Shown here: positions 12,067 to 47,760 of the stretch, piece by piece
Numbering within the stretch: the first letter of the stretch is position 1
How the letters are laid out: each line of letters starts with the position of its first letter
Assembly: GCA_002269645.1 (NCBI GenBank)
Contig: NIVC01000064.1
Span: 586,942 to 650,941, forward strand
Direction of reading: 5' to 3'
Source of the DNA: Macrostomum lignano
Lineage: Eukaryota
Length of the DNA: 64,000 nucleotides
Notes under the pieces: generated by a model
The model's database searches: none
What the model was told of the DNA's origin: nothing
What the model saw: the letters and a program-made list of their open reading frames with translations, nothing else
Program-made: the position numbers and the translations under genes

Positions 12067-13697
12067 GGTGCACCCTTGGTAGTCCCTGTGACCAACAGGT
12101 ATTATTCTGATTTTGCATTTAAAAGCAGCTGGTGGCCTCTTGACTAGTTTATGTAACATTGCCTGACTGACTGTGTTGGTCCGATGTGTTTCTGTCCTGC
12201 AGCTCGCAGCTGCTGACGGTCCGGTTCTCGACGGGCGACTTCGAGCCGAGCGCGAGCTGCGGTCGCATCGAGCTGACCATCGCGGTGGCCAAGAAGGGCT
12301 TCTGCGGCAGATACATGCTGCTGCATCGGGGCCGCTGCCTCTTCATCTCCGACTCGGAGCTGCGGCTGTCGGATCTGAGCGGGACTGGAGTTGAGCTGGC
12401 TGCGATCTCCGGGACGGAGCAGCTGGATGAGCTGATGAGGGACAGTGAGTGCTGAGCTGCTGTTCATGCTGGTCATTGCTCATGGGTACAGTGCTGAGCT
12501 GCTGATCATGCTGGTCATTGCTCATGGGTACAGTGCTGAGCTGCTGCTCATGCTGGTCATTGCTCATGGGTACAGTGCTGAGCTGCTGCTCATGCTGGTC
12601 ATTGCTCATGAGTACAGTGCTGAGCTGTTGCTCATGCTGGTCATTGCTCATGGGTACAGTGCTGAGCTGCTGTTCAAGCTGGTCATTGCTCATGGGTACA
12701 GTGCTGAGCTGCTGCTCATGCTGGTCATTGCTCATGGGTACAGTGCTGAAAAAATATGTAACAGAGAGAGTGAGTAAAAACACAAATCGCAAAGCACACG
12801 GTAACCCAAAAGTTCTCATGCTGTTTTGTGCTCATACAGATATTTTGTGCTCATACTGATGTTTTGTGCTCATACTGATGTTTTGTGCTCATACTGATGT
12901 TTTGTGCTCATACTGATGTTTTGTGCTCATACTGATGTTTTGTGCTCATACTGATGTTTTGTGTTCATACTGACGCATTGCAGATGCGCTTGAAGATGCG
13001 ATGCCACTGGATTCGAGCAGATGCCTGAGATTCGGAGTTTTTCGCTGCTCTGATTCGGTTCAGCCTTATGTTTGGGACTCAAACTGCGAACGAATTTCTG
13101 CAGCGCAGTTAAATTTACGATTTGAAAACCCGAGTCAGGAATCCAGGTAAGGCTCGGAAATCTCGAGGTTACATTTACACACGATAAATTTACGTGTATG
13201 CCTTCGACAGTATACTGCTTTCATCTATGTTGCCAATTTGCTCAACCTTCAGATCTGAGCCGTCAAGCGTCCAGTGCGGCTCTCTGAAGATTGGTAGCAG
13301 CAAAACCCTGGAGCTCGCGTTTTCGGATTGTAGCACCCCTATGAGATCCCTGCTGAGCTTTGCCAACCCGGCACCTGTCAGTATGGGCTCAAAGGAATTG
13401 AACCAGTGCATTTTAACATTGACCAAGTTCTGCCGAAATGCATCAACAATAAGTGCTTCAAATTCTAAAGAGTCAGCCAGCAACAGTCTTCTTTTTGAAG
13501 TACCCATGTCGATAATTACAATTCTGATTATTTTGTCATTCTTTTTTGTTGTATTTTGTACTCGTCGGAGGCGTTTAACTCGGAGCCAATTCAACAATAT
13601 TTTAAATTACGTTTGGTGCGGAAGATGCAGACAGTTGAATCCACGCGCATCTATTAATTCCGTCGCTGCCATATTTGACAGGAGCAGGCGGAAGTGA
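12067..13697 (+). CDS. Membrane protein paralogue C (lacks own 5' exons)
   Basis: 12067-12490 is near-identical to 9989-10430. Exons 12203-12444, 12984-13146 and 13211-13697 are phase-consistent; TM IITILIILSFFFVVFC followed by TRRRR. No signal-peptide exon found. Confidence 0.55.
12449..12973. repeat. 42-bp minisatellite (~7 copies) followed by a 19-bp minisatellite
   Basis: 42-bp unit at 12449-12750; tgttttgtgctcatactga at 12835-12973. Confidence 0.9.
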
Positions 13698-14629
13698 AAG
13701 CAATTTCTTAATCTGTTTTGTTTACTATCAATAATATTTATCATTTCTTTTTAGTTTCATCCTGTCTGGCCTAAAATCGCTTACCTAAATACTTAAAAAA
13801 CGGCTAAGCGTTCCAGTCATTTGCCATATATTTTATTTATTCCGCGCGCCGGTTTCTGTATTAGTTTTAGTGTTTAGTTTAGTTCTGTATTTTCCAATGC
13901 CGCCCAATTCTGTCCTGTCACTCCACAGTCACCGAGTGGCCTCTATTATTTTATTATCATTATTATTTTTTACAAGGGTTGTTCGGGCAAACAGAGAGTA
14001 GTCAAGCTTATGTTTTGGGTACCAATATGAAGCCTCAGGGCATGCAGTTGCATTCTAGGTTGCGTCAGGTTTTTGATAAATTTTGCTAGAATATTTCTAT
14101 TGTGTCTCTTTCTTCTTCTCATTCGGTAAAATACTTTTACTTATTTTTTTGCAGTAAGGTTTTAATAAGTCGAAACTTTATTAGAGAGAATCTGTTAAAA
14201 TTTATCACGGAGAGCTCTATAAAAGTTCCAGATGTACTTAAACAAAAATGATGATTATTATTATTAAAATATCAAAACAGAGATTTATTCAGTACCGGGC
14301 CTCCAATAGAAAATCGCCCAGACTCCATCATCTCGAGGCTATAGTCGCGGACCCAGTTTACAGTGAGGCTAAAATGAATGGCGAAAACACTAAGCTTGTA
14401 GTTTTGAACTAGAATTTATGAGAACACTGGTGACAAAGAGCTGAAGATATCTGCAAAGTTGGTCATTTTTACCACAGCTTCAAATGGTGCTACTCAGCCA
14501 TACCTGTCTCAGTTTAAATTAGCAAACCATAAACTGGGCTGCAAAACAATGAGGACTGTGAGACCAAAGATTCCTTACGAGAACAGGACCGTGCCCAAAG
14601 TGCCATGTGATGGTAGAAAATGAGGTTTA

Positions 14630-14790
14630 ATTATTGAATATTATTATTGACTACACCTGCCATAACGGGCAGATGTCAAACCGACAGCTCAGCCGCAGCT
14701 ATTGCGCGGCGCATCTGAAGGCTGCGTACGGCTGTTCAGTCCAAGGACTGGGGGGGGGGGTCACCACACACATATCCTTAATTACCCCAG
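14630..14790 (-). mobile_element. 5'-truncated SINE copy
   Basis: Reverse complement of ~1603-1766 including the tail. Confidence 0.75.
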
Positions 14791-16028
14791 CACTGCTTGG
14801 TGAAGAGGGAGCGGGTTGGGCGTAGGAAGCGAGTCATCCGATGAGTCATCTGGATGAGGGACCTGGATATCCAGGGTCGGGATCTGAGTACATCCGCGCA
14901 CTAGGGGTAAATGACATGTTAAAAAATTAGAGGGTCTTCGATTCGCTGTCACGTCTGGACTTTTGACAGCCCACAATACGGCATAAAGTGCTTCAATAGC
15001 ATCCTATATATTTGAAGTATTGCATTAAAACATTAAAATTGCATTGTACTGGCGTATTAGCGAAAAAATCAAAACGAATACTTAAACGAAGATATGTCGC
15101 CACTATAGAGACAATACTGAGAATGGACTACTTTCCATATATGGTAGTGCTCAACTGCTCATATTTCATTGACTGTTGGTGGTGTAAGATAAAGTGAGGC
15201 ATTTACATAGACCAGTTTGTGTGTACCTATTATTAATAAAACTTTACTCCGCGTCAGAACCACAAAATCTCAGCAGTAAATATTGAAATACAACGACGTT
15301 AGCGAACGCAGTTGCAAATGCTCACTACTACTATTAGTATTACCAAAGAAATGGTATAAACAAGTAAAATGGGTGACATATTGCATAACGTTTTAACAAT
15401 TATTGCACCAGAAAAACCAACCCACGCTTGTTTATAAAAGTACAAAGCCGAAATAACCTTTCTCGAGAGTACAAACAATATTATTGATATGAGTTGTGGA
15501 TCACAATACACACTATATATGTACATTCGCATTTAAAAATTATTTAATGATATCTATAAGTTATAATAATATGATAAAAGTGCATTAAAAACGAATAAAG
15601 TACACGGTTCTTTCCTAAAAAGGTTAAAAGTACACACCGCGTTCATAAATACGAAAGTACAAACCACTCAAATATTAAAGTACACTCTGTTCCTAACTAC
15701 AAAAGTACAACCCACTATTGAATAGTAAAGTACACTCCGCTCATAACTACAAAAGTACAACCCGCTATAGGACTTTAAAGTACACTCCGCTCCTAACTAT
15801 AAAAGTACAACCCGCTCTTAAATATTAAAGTACACTTCGCTATAAAATGTTTGAGGTACGTAGCGTTATAAGAATAAAAGTACAATCCACAGAAATGACA
15901 AAAGTGCAATCGAATTAAAGTACACCTTGCTCGAGGCAATAAAAGTACATAAAAAAGTGCAAGCATTAAAACTATCTGAGACGAGAATTTATCGAGCTCA
16001 ACGCTATCAACAGCCAGCCAGTCAGCAT

Positions 16029-18962
16029 TTATCCAACAACAAACTGCTTATAATCTTTAATCCGCTTTAACTGACACCGGATCCCCTTCACCAAATCCGT
16101 GGGCTGCAATACCAGACTGATCTCCTGGCCGTGAGCATTCAATCGCAGTGCCACCTCTTTCGGCTCCGGCCAGAGACTCAGCGGCCGGCCATTGACCTCG
16201 GTAATAGTCCAGGTGCAAAAATTGGCGTCGTCAACAGCGCCAGTGGTTCGATAAGCCAAGCCGTGAGCAGCGGCCAGGCCGTCCTGCTGCACGTGACAGA
16301 TCTCGGCCTTGTGGCCGACAGTCTGCAGGCCCAGCGACTGGCCGTCCAAGCGTTGGACGCTGAAGGCTTTGCCGTACGGCAGGCGGCGCAGGCGGAGGGC
16401 GACGCGGTCGAAGGCGCCGTGCAGAATCCGGCGGAGCTGATCCAGCGACTCGATTGGGAAGCCATCGACTGAGATCACCTGTGGCGGGGAGGGGCGGAGG
16501 TGGGCTAAGGTTTCAGGGAGGGTTTTGAGGGTTCAGTGACGGGTTTAGTGAGGGTTCAGTGACGGGTTTAGTGAGGGTTCAGGGACGGATTTAATGAGGC
16601 TTCAGGGACGGATTTAATGAGGCTTCAGGGACGGATTTAATGAGGCTTCAGGGACGGATTTAATGAGGGTTCAGGGACGGTTTCAATGAGGTTCAGGGAC
16701 GGATTTAAAGAGGGTATTTAATAACGATATATTAGCTTCGGCAAGAAGCGAACCTCATCTCCCACATGCAGACAGGAGTGCAGCCTGGTGGCCTGCCTGG
16801 TCCAGCCGGCAATCCAGAAGCGGTCGCTGGCGCACTGCACAATGGCCACATTGTCCAGCAGGTCGGCACTCTTGCACATAACTGCAACCCCGCCAGGGTA
16901 AAGAATCTGGCGCTTCAATCGTTCAACAGCCGAGCTCAGCGGCGTCAGGCGGGGCCCGCCGGGCAGCGGGTTCACGTAGAACCGGCCATTGTCGGTCTCT
17001 TCAACCGCCACGTCGGTTTTCGGCTCGAAGAATCCGGCCAGAGGAATCGGCCGGAGCTCCCGACGGAACGTGGGCGGATCCGGGTTGGGCCGGTGCACCC
17101 CGGCGACCGAGCGGAACCGCTTGGTGCGCAGCGCGCCCAGGCCGTCCCAGTCTTCCAGTTCGCGGTACTTCTTCTCTAACAGGGCGTAGGCTGCGGGATC
17201 CAGACTGGCCAGCTCGCTGGGGCCCGCCAAGTTGGCGGCGGCGGCGGCCGGAGCGGCTTCGTTCAGCTCCTGGCGCAGCTGGGCCACCGCGGACCGGCCC
17301 TGAGCAGCTTCGATGCGCTGCTCAACTCGGCGCAGCTCGATCAGAATCTCGTTGGTTGCGCTGGAGGCGGCAGCAGCGTTGTTGCTGCCGTTGCCATTAG
17401 CAACGGAACAGCAGGCGGCCGCGTCCTCCTCGGTCTCGTCGTCGGTGGTTTCGTACACCTCTGCGGCGGCGCTGTCATCAAAGGTGCCGTAGATGTTGTC
17501 GGGCTTCTGCCGGCCGGAGTATTGCGCCAGGTTGCGGTTCAGGACGTCCGACCAGTCGGCTGGGGGCGTGAATGAGATGAATGATAGGGTAGGGAGTTGG
17601 GCGTAAATGAGGTGGGTGATAGGGTAGGGAGTTGGGCGTGAATGAGGTGAATGCTAGGGTAGGGAGTTGGGCGTGAATGAGGTGAATGATAGGGTAGGGA
17701 GTTGGGCGTGAATGAGGTGGGTGATAGGGTAGGGAGTTGGGCGTGAATGAGGTGGGTGATAGGGTAGGGAGTTGGGCGTGAATGAGGTGGGTGATAGGGT
17801 AGGGAGTTGGGCGTGAATGAGGTGGGTGATAGGGTAGGGAGTTGGGCGTGAATGAGGTGGGTGATAGGGTAGGGAGTTGGGCGTGAATGAGGTGGGTGAT
17901 AGGGTAGGGAGTTGGGCGTGAATGAGGTGGGTGATAGGGTAGGGAGTTGGGCGTGAATGAGGTGGGTGATAGGGTAGGGATTTGGGCGTGAATGAGATGA
18001 ATGATAGGGTAGGGAGTTGGGCGTGAATGAGATGAATGATAGGGTAGGGATTTCGGCGTGAATGAGATGAATGATAGGGTAGGGATTTGGGCGTGAATGA
18101 GGGTGGGTGACAGGGTTGGTAAGTTGGGCGTGAATGAAGGTAGGTGATAGGGTATGGAGTTGGGCGTGAATGAGATGGGTGATCGGGTATGGAGTTGGGC
18201 GTGAATGAGGTGGGTGATCGGGTAGGGAGTTGAGCGTGAATGAGGTGGGTGATAGGGTAGGGAGTTGGGCGTGAATGAGGTGGGTGATAGGGTAGGGAGT
18301 TGGGCGTGGATGAGGTGGGTGATAGGGTATGGAGTTGGGCGTGAACGAGGTGGGTGATCGGGTATGGAGTTGGGCGTGAATGAGGTGGGTGATAGGGTAC
18401 AGTTGGGCGTGAATGAGGTGGGTGATAGGGTATGGAGTTGGGCGTGAATGAGGTGGGTGATCGGGTATGGAGTTGGGCGTGAATGAGGTGGGTGATAGGG
18501 TACAGTTGGGCGTGAATGAGGTGGGTGATAAATTTGGGATTGGTCGTGAATGAAGCTAGAATGAAACGGTGCAGTGAGAAGTGAACAAAAGTGAGCACAA
18601 GCAGCCAGAAGCTCACCAGCATCAGTCTCAGAGTCGGCAGTGAGTGTGAGCACCCGATCAGCCAGGGTGAGCATGAAGCTGGTCACATCGCTAGGAGATC
18701 GAATCACCTGGCGGCAGCCGCGCAAATCAAACGAATTGATTGGCGCCTCAGTCCTGGCCGAGTTCGAGTCCTCGTAGTATTCGAGCGAGGGCAGGCCGCC
18801 GAATATGAGGAACACGAACCAGCGCCTGGTGGGTCTGTGCAGCAGTGAGATGGACTTCAAGCCGGAACCACCGCCTCCGCTGCTAGCGCCGTTTGCGCCG
18901 CCGTTGTAAGCCGAGGTCTGCTTCTTCAGGTAGCCAGCCTTGATGGTGATTTGCTGGTTCAT
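16029..18962 (-). CDS. PH-domain protein with two C-terminal PDZ-like domains (~533 aa)
   Basis: Exons 18962-18617, 17559-16754, 16478-16029 are phase-consistent. PH motifs IKAGYLKK, RRWFVF, LEYYED, INSFDL, DWSDVL; PDZ-like VGDEVISVDG and ITEVNGRPL. Confidence 0.75.
16520..16712. repeat. 22-bp intronic minisatellite
   Basis: Unit ttcagggacggatttaatgagg. Confidence 0.9.
17565..18530. repeat. 35-bp intronic minisatellite, ~27 copies
   Basis: Unit gggtagggagttgggcgtgaatgaggtgggtgata; fills the intron up to the acceptor. Confidence 0.95.
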
Positions 18963-19129
18963 TGCTGCTCTTTGCTTGCAGAAGAGCACTTCCCTCTGGA
19001 GGGTGGACCAACTGCTGCAGTTGCTAGGGTTGGAATGTATGGGCTACGGATTCCAGCTGTCAATTATATTCTGAAACCAATTGATTGGTGTTGGAAAAAG
19101 GTAAAATTTAAATTATAAAGGGTGTTCAA

Positions 19130-19545
19130 ACATAGCTTGAATGGGTATTCAGATACAGCTTGAATGGGTATTCAGATACAGCTTGAATGGGTATTCAGAT
19201 ACAGCTTGAATGGGTATTCAGATACAGCTTGAATGAGTAATCAGATACAGCTTGAATGGTTATTCAGATACAGCTTGAATGAGTAATCAGATACAGCTTG
19301 AAGGGGTATTCAGATACAGCTTGAATGGGTATTCAGATACAGCTTGAATGGGTATTCAGATACAGCTTGAAGGGGTATTCAGATACAGCCTGAAGGGGTA
19401 TCCAGATACAGCTTGAATGGGTATTCAGATACAGCTTGAATGGGTATTCAGATACAGCTTGAAGGGGTATTCAGATACAGCCTGAAGGGGTATTCAGATA
19501 CAGCTTGAATGGGTATTCAGACACAGCTTGAATGAGTAATCAGAT
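19130..19545. repeat. 23-bp minisatellite
   Basis: Unit cagcttgaatgggtattcagata. Confidence 0.95.
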
Positions 19546-20309
19546 AAAATTCAAATGGGTCAATAATTCTAAGAAACGCAAAATTCTAAGAAAAGTCTTG
19601 AAAAAATCACGCTAAACGAATTACCATATAAACAAGAAAGCATAATTACTAACGTAATAGTACCTTTTTATGATGCGAAGTCAGAAGATTTTAACGGCGA
19701 ATTCAGAAAGGCGAAATCTTTTAAAAGTCTTGTCTGTTTTGATATTGGCCTACTACGAGCCGTAATACCGTTTAATTAATAGCTGGATATATATATAAGC
19801 TTGAAGCAGAGAAAGCCAAAAGCCAACAGGAAATCTCTTGTCCCCTGTATTCTATTGCAATCTATTAAAGCTGGCTAAAACTAAAACTAAAACTAAAAGA
19901 TAGAAGGAAGGCGCACAAGCGAAGCACTTATCAAGATAACGCAGGGCCTGCAGTGCTGCATTAGTCAGTTCAGCTGAAGTCAGATGCACAGGCGGGTTAG
20001 CGACAAGAGAGTGAGTGAGAGACAGAGTGGTTCAAAATCTTTCCTACAGTGCAGATTCGGTGCTTATGCCATGCTATACTAGGTCATGTATATAATTTAT
20101 GCATCAGCCAATGCTGATGCAAGGGTGGGGTCTGCACACCAGAATAAATATTACGTAGCAACAACCTCGCAAAATAGAGAATTTCACACACAGACTTTAA
20201 GGTAAGTGGGTAGATGCAAGCGAGGAAAGGGTTACAGATACGGGAGCGAGGCAGGGGTACGGGTGGGTTGGGGTGATTGGAGAGAAATAGAGATCGAAAA
20301 TCAGAGACA

Positions 20310-20965
20310 GACAGACAGAAATAGAAGAGTTAGAGAAAGGTAGAGTGGGAGAGGGAGGGGAGGGGAGGAGGGAGAGAGGAGTGGGGAGGGAGAGAGAGAG
20401 AGAGGGGAGTGGGAGGGAGAGGGGGAGTGGGGAGGGAAAGAGAGGGGAGTGGTAGAAGGAGAGAGGGGAGTGGGAAGGAGAGAGAGGGGAGTTGAAGGGA
20501 GAGAGGGGAGTTGGAGGGTGAGAGGGGAGTGGGGAGCGAGAGAGAGGGGAGTGGGGAGCGAGAGAGAGGGGAGTGGGAGAGTGAGAAAGGGTGAGAGAGA
20601 GGGGAGTGGGAGAGTGAGAAAGGGTGAGAGAGAGGGGAGTAGGAGAGGGAAGTAGGGGGAGAGAGGGGAGTGGAAGAGAGAGGGGAGTGGGAGGGAGAGA
20701 AGGGGGAGTGGGAGGGTGAGAGAGGGGAGTTGGAGGGAGAGAGGGAGTGGGAGGGTAAGAGATGCGAGTGGGAGAGAGAGGGGAGTTGGAGGGAGAGAGG
20801 GAGTGGGAGGGTAAGAGATGCGAGTGGGAGAGAGAGGGGAGTTGGAGGGAGAGAGGGAGTGGGAGGGTAAGAGATGCGAGTGGGAGAGAGAGGGGAGTTG
20901 GAGGGAGAGAGGGAGTGGGAGGGTAAGAGATGCGAGTGGGAGAGAGAGAGGGGAGTTGGAGAGAG
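20310..20965. repeat. Polypurine (G/A-rich) degenerate tandem repeat
   Basis: gagagaggggagtgg-type units; a second purine tract at ~21770-22140. Confidence 0.9.
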
Positions 20966-22264
20966 ATATGCAGAGAGATTCAAGAAACAAACTTGCAGCC
21001 CAGACGCCGCTTTCAATTCCGAAATCGCATCTCAAGTGGGCAGTTTTCACAACAACTCATTACAGGCCATATTTCAACAGGAGCTGCAGGGGTGGAGCTG
21101 TGTAATCAGCAATTTCCCTAGCAATGGCAGAGTTTCAGAAGCCAATTTGCACTCTTGAAGCAATAAAAGAAAGGCAAACACTCTAGACACTAAAATGAAC
21201 CAGGCATAAGTAAAACTAAAAAAATAGAAGCAGAAAAACCACCATTTGAGCATAGTAAAACCTTCAAAACAGTCCCGGTTTGATTTTAATAAAAATGTTT
21301 GAGTATATTTCTACCAACAAAGGTACACAACAACTTTTATGATCAATAAACTTCAGGACGGATTTCTAATTGTTGAGATTCGCAAAAACACTTATAAAAG
21401 TATAAATAAAGCTGGTAAAAAACTCTGATAGACAAATACTTCAATCTAGTTAGGAAGCAGTCCATAAGTTTTTTATTAAAAAATTTCACTTTAAGCTGGG
21501 AGAAAAAATACGACAAATCAACAAGTGTCAGAAAATAATAGAAATTTTCAAGGAATTTGTAAAAACAGACAGCAAAAATTTGCTGAGAATTAACAATAAC
21601 AGTTATTTGGAGCAGAATGGAATATAAAGTGCACACATCACTGCATCACGCCTAGCACCTAAAGTCACCTTGTTTTTTTACTTTGTAATTGGTTCAATTT
21701 GCGATTTTTTATTATTTTTACTTGGGGAAGAAAGGGGAGACTTAGAGACGAGATTAGGGGCATAGGATAGGGTGAATAGAGAGGCAGTGAGCAGAGATAG
21801 AAGAGAGAGGAGAGAGGAGAGAGCGGAGATGTGAGAGAGAGAGAGAGAGGATAGAGGGGGAGAGAGCGGAGATGTGAGAGAGAGAGAGGATAGAGGGGGA
21901 GAGAGCGGAGATGTGAGAGAGAGAGAGAGGATAGAGGGGGAGAGAGCGGAGAGGTGAGAGAGAGAGAGAGGATAGAGGGGGAGAGAGCGGAGATGTGAGA
22001 GAGAGAGAGAGAGGATAGAAGGGGAGAGAGCGAAGATGGGGGAGGGAGGGTAGAGGTGGAGAGAGTGATGGGGAGGGAGGGTAGAGGTGGAGAGAGTGAT
22101 GGGGGAGGGAGGGTAGAGGGGGAGAGTGGAGAGCAAAGCTAAGAGACAAGAGAAGCAAGCAATAGACAGATGAAGCATAGAAATGAATAGCCGAAAATCC
22201 AATAAATCAAGGTGCCAGATTAACAGTAACGCATACGAAATTAAGGCAACATAAAATTTTTTAA

Positions 22265-44781
<22,517 letters not shown>

Positions 44782-46137
44782 CGAGTCTTAGTATCTGTAG
44801 TCGTCTCAGACGGGTGTAAATAATTATTTCTAAGCCCAAACCTAAAGCTTTGCTGCCTTCGCAAAACCGTGCAGCGAAAACTTTTTCTAAGAAACGGTTA
44901 CTATGCATTTAAAATTAAAAACTTATTAAAACACACAATAGCTTGATAACACAGCTTTTGATATGCCAGTAACTACAAAACTTTGTTTATAACTGTATAA
45001 AATTATTTAAAAGTTTAGACACAACTATCTAAAATAGGTTTACTTTCTAGGATTTTTAAGTTCATATTTAAGGGCGACATCAATATTTAACATTTAACGT
45101 GATGTCCAGATATCTGGGTACATACGAATGAATAGTCGCATGTCAATCGAATTCTATTCAAACTCAAATTGATATTTCATCAATCTACAAACAGTTTCTA
45201 CTTCCTTTCCACTTTGTTATGGCCGATTTAAACGAACACACTTCTAGGCAGTCTACATAACATGTATGAGGCTTCAAATATCCCGGGCACTAGATCGGCT
45301 GTTGCTACAAATATTTAGCACTTAAAGAGCTCCACGCATTGATACACTGATTTGATGACTCTCTAATTCTCTTGGTTAAATCAAGAATACCAAAGTGAAA
45401 CTGTGATTTTTGAGTGAGTTCTGACTTTCCTGACAATATAGGAGATACACATATATTTAAAATTATAAAAGTTTTAGTAGTAATAATTGATCACTCAAAC
45501 AAATACAACATTTAACATACACATTACTTGCTATAAACTATTTGTATAGAGGCAAGGCACGACTGACACAGGAATTAGCAAGTTAAAAATGTCTAAATAA
45601 TCGACAGTTATTTTATCTAGATATGCTTTACCACCTCTGTACTGGAGATCAAACAGGTAGATAAACTAAAATGTATAGTGGGGCGCGCACTGACGCGGTG
45701 ATATTTATTGAAAAATCGCATCAACAATTTGAATCTGAGTGTAGCTGACTAATAAATCGATCGTCAGAAAATAGTGATATGCTGACGGATTGATAGCAAA
45801 AATTTAAGGTGATAATAGTATAACAACGATAAGAATTAATGTAAACAGGTAAAATCAAAACAGAACTGTTTAAAACCTAATCAGCAAGGCTTTTGAGTAC
45901 GAACTGATACAAGCACTTTATAACAGGCAAACAGAACGCGTAATTAAAATTGCGGAGGAAGCAGATCTGTTGAATAGCAATCAATGCATTTAATAGTAAT
46001 TTAGGGAATGCAGTTTATTTTTACTCCTAAAATTTAAACTTGAAAATCCCAGGGTACTTTCATAAGATCGGGATTCTAAGAGTTCATATCAGGATTCTTA
46101 GATCCCATATCGGGATTCTTAGATTTCTACCGGACCA

Positions 46138-47394
46138 CTAAGGCATATTGCAGTTAGCATCCCGCTCCAGCAGAGGTTTAGCCAGTTCCCTAAAATCGCG
46201 CACAAACCAATCCGCCCCAGCAACTACCTGGGCCCGTTCCACGTTGCCACCGAAGCCGACAAACAGATCGCACTCGCTTCTGGCCTCCATATCGGTAACC
46301 CCGTCGCCAATCATAGCCACAGATCGATAGCCAAGATCTACGCGCAGGTGTTTAACTGCGGTCGCTTTGCCGCCACTCCGGCAGGTGAAACAGGACCGAT
46401 CGTGGCCCAGAAACTCGCCAGTGTTCTCGTCAAATAAAAGCCGATTTGAGATCAGCCGATTGTCTGGCAGGGTGAGAGCTGTCAGTACGGGCTTGACGAG
46501 GTCGCTCACGCCGCCAGTTATCAGGTAGACTCGTTTGTTGCGCTGCTCCAACAGTTGCACAAGATTTCTAAATTGTTTTTTTAATGGAAAATGGACTACT
46601 AAATTGCTTACTTACAGTAGGAAAAAGCAGAAAATATGGAGAATTAGGCAGAATAATTACATTTAAATCTTTGGCGTAGACGTTATCAGCTAATTAAATC
46701 ACTGTTGGGGCAGGTGTTATTTAGCCAATTAAATCATTCCTGGGGGCAGGTGTTATCAGCCAATCAAATCACTGTTGGGAAAGGTGTTAGCAGCTAATCA
46801 AATCACTGTTGGGCAGGTGTTATCAGCCAATCAAATCACTGTTGGGGCGTGTTTGTAGCCAATTAAATCACTGTTGTGGTAGATGTTATTAGCCAATTAA
46901 CTCACTGTTAAGGGCAGGTGTTATCAGCTAATTAAATCTCTGTTAGGACAGGTATTATCAGTCAACTAAACCACTGTAGGCGCAGGTGTTAGGCCTGAAA
47001 TAAAAGCATTACGTCAAATATAATCAAATATAAAGTCTTACACAACATTCGGAGTAAGCTTTGGCGGATGCTGACTAACAAACTGGTCCAATTTCTGTCG
47101 AGTAAGTCCCATCATGCTTAATCGGGCTTCGAACGATTCTTCAAATGTCATGTCTCCGTTCATGGCTTTGTTAGTGCTGCGATGGTGAAATAACGGGCAC
47201 ACTTATTGAGATACAGCAAACTATTAGAACCCCCACAAAACAACAACTCACAGCGCTTTGACTTTGTCAGCAACGCCGCAAAATTCGGCCAAATTATCGA
47301 GCCCTTCGTCGACGCAAACTGTCGAGTCAACGTCGAAACAGACGCAATCAGCGCCTAGCCAGGCTTGGAGAACGGAGGGCGACGGCTGAGACAT
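46138..47394 (-). CDS. PSPH: Phosphoserine phosphatase (HAD family)
   Basis: Exons 47394-47252, 47176-47042, 46567-46138, phase-consistent. Motifs CFDVDSTV, YLITGG, SGGKA, MIGDGVTDME, FVGFGGNV. Confidence 0.95.
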
Positions 47395-47760
47395 TGCGGT
47401 TGGAGGATCTTCGAGTATGCAAGACTGCTAGTGCGACACTGGATTGACCAAAACCACTTTATGCCTGGAACGTATGACAGCCAGTGATGTTGACCGACGC
47501 AATTATCAGGTTGGTTTAAGGAGGGATTCTCAGGGTGGTTAAGAGGCCATTCTCAGCTAGTTTAAAGGGCGATTCTCAGCTAGTTTAAGGTTTGATTCTC
47601 AGGTAGTTTAAGGTTTGACTCTCAGGTAGTTTAAAGGGTGATTATCAGGTAGTTTAAAGGGCGATTCTCAGGTAGTTTAAAGGGCGATTCTCAGCTAGTT
47701 TAAAGGGCGATTCTCAGCTAGTTTAAAGGGCGATTCTAAGATAGTTTTTAAAGGGTGATT
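46680..47760. repeat. Two degenerate minisatellites (~35 bp at 46680-46990; ~23 bp at 47545-47760)
   Basis: Units gttatcagccaatcaaatcactgttgggcaggt and ttctcagctagtttaaagggcga. Confidence 0.8.

Noticed and set aside
17478-18989. Long ORFs over repeats (also 34567-35482, 48547-49908, 52469-53956, 54218-55288, 58830-59954, 20301-21050)
   Set aside because: Periodic translations of stop-free mini/microsatellites; real exons are bounded by splice sites at the array edges.
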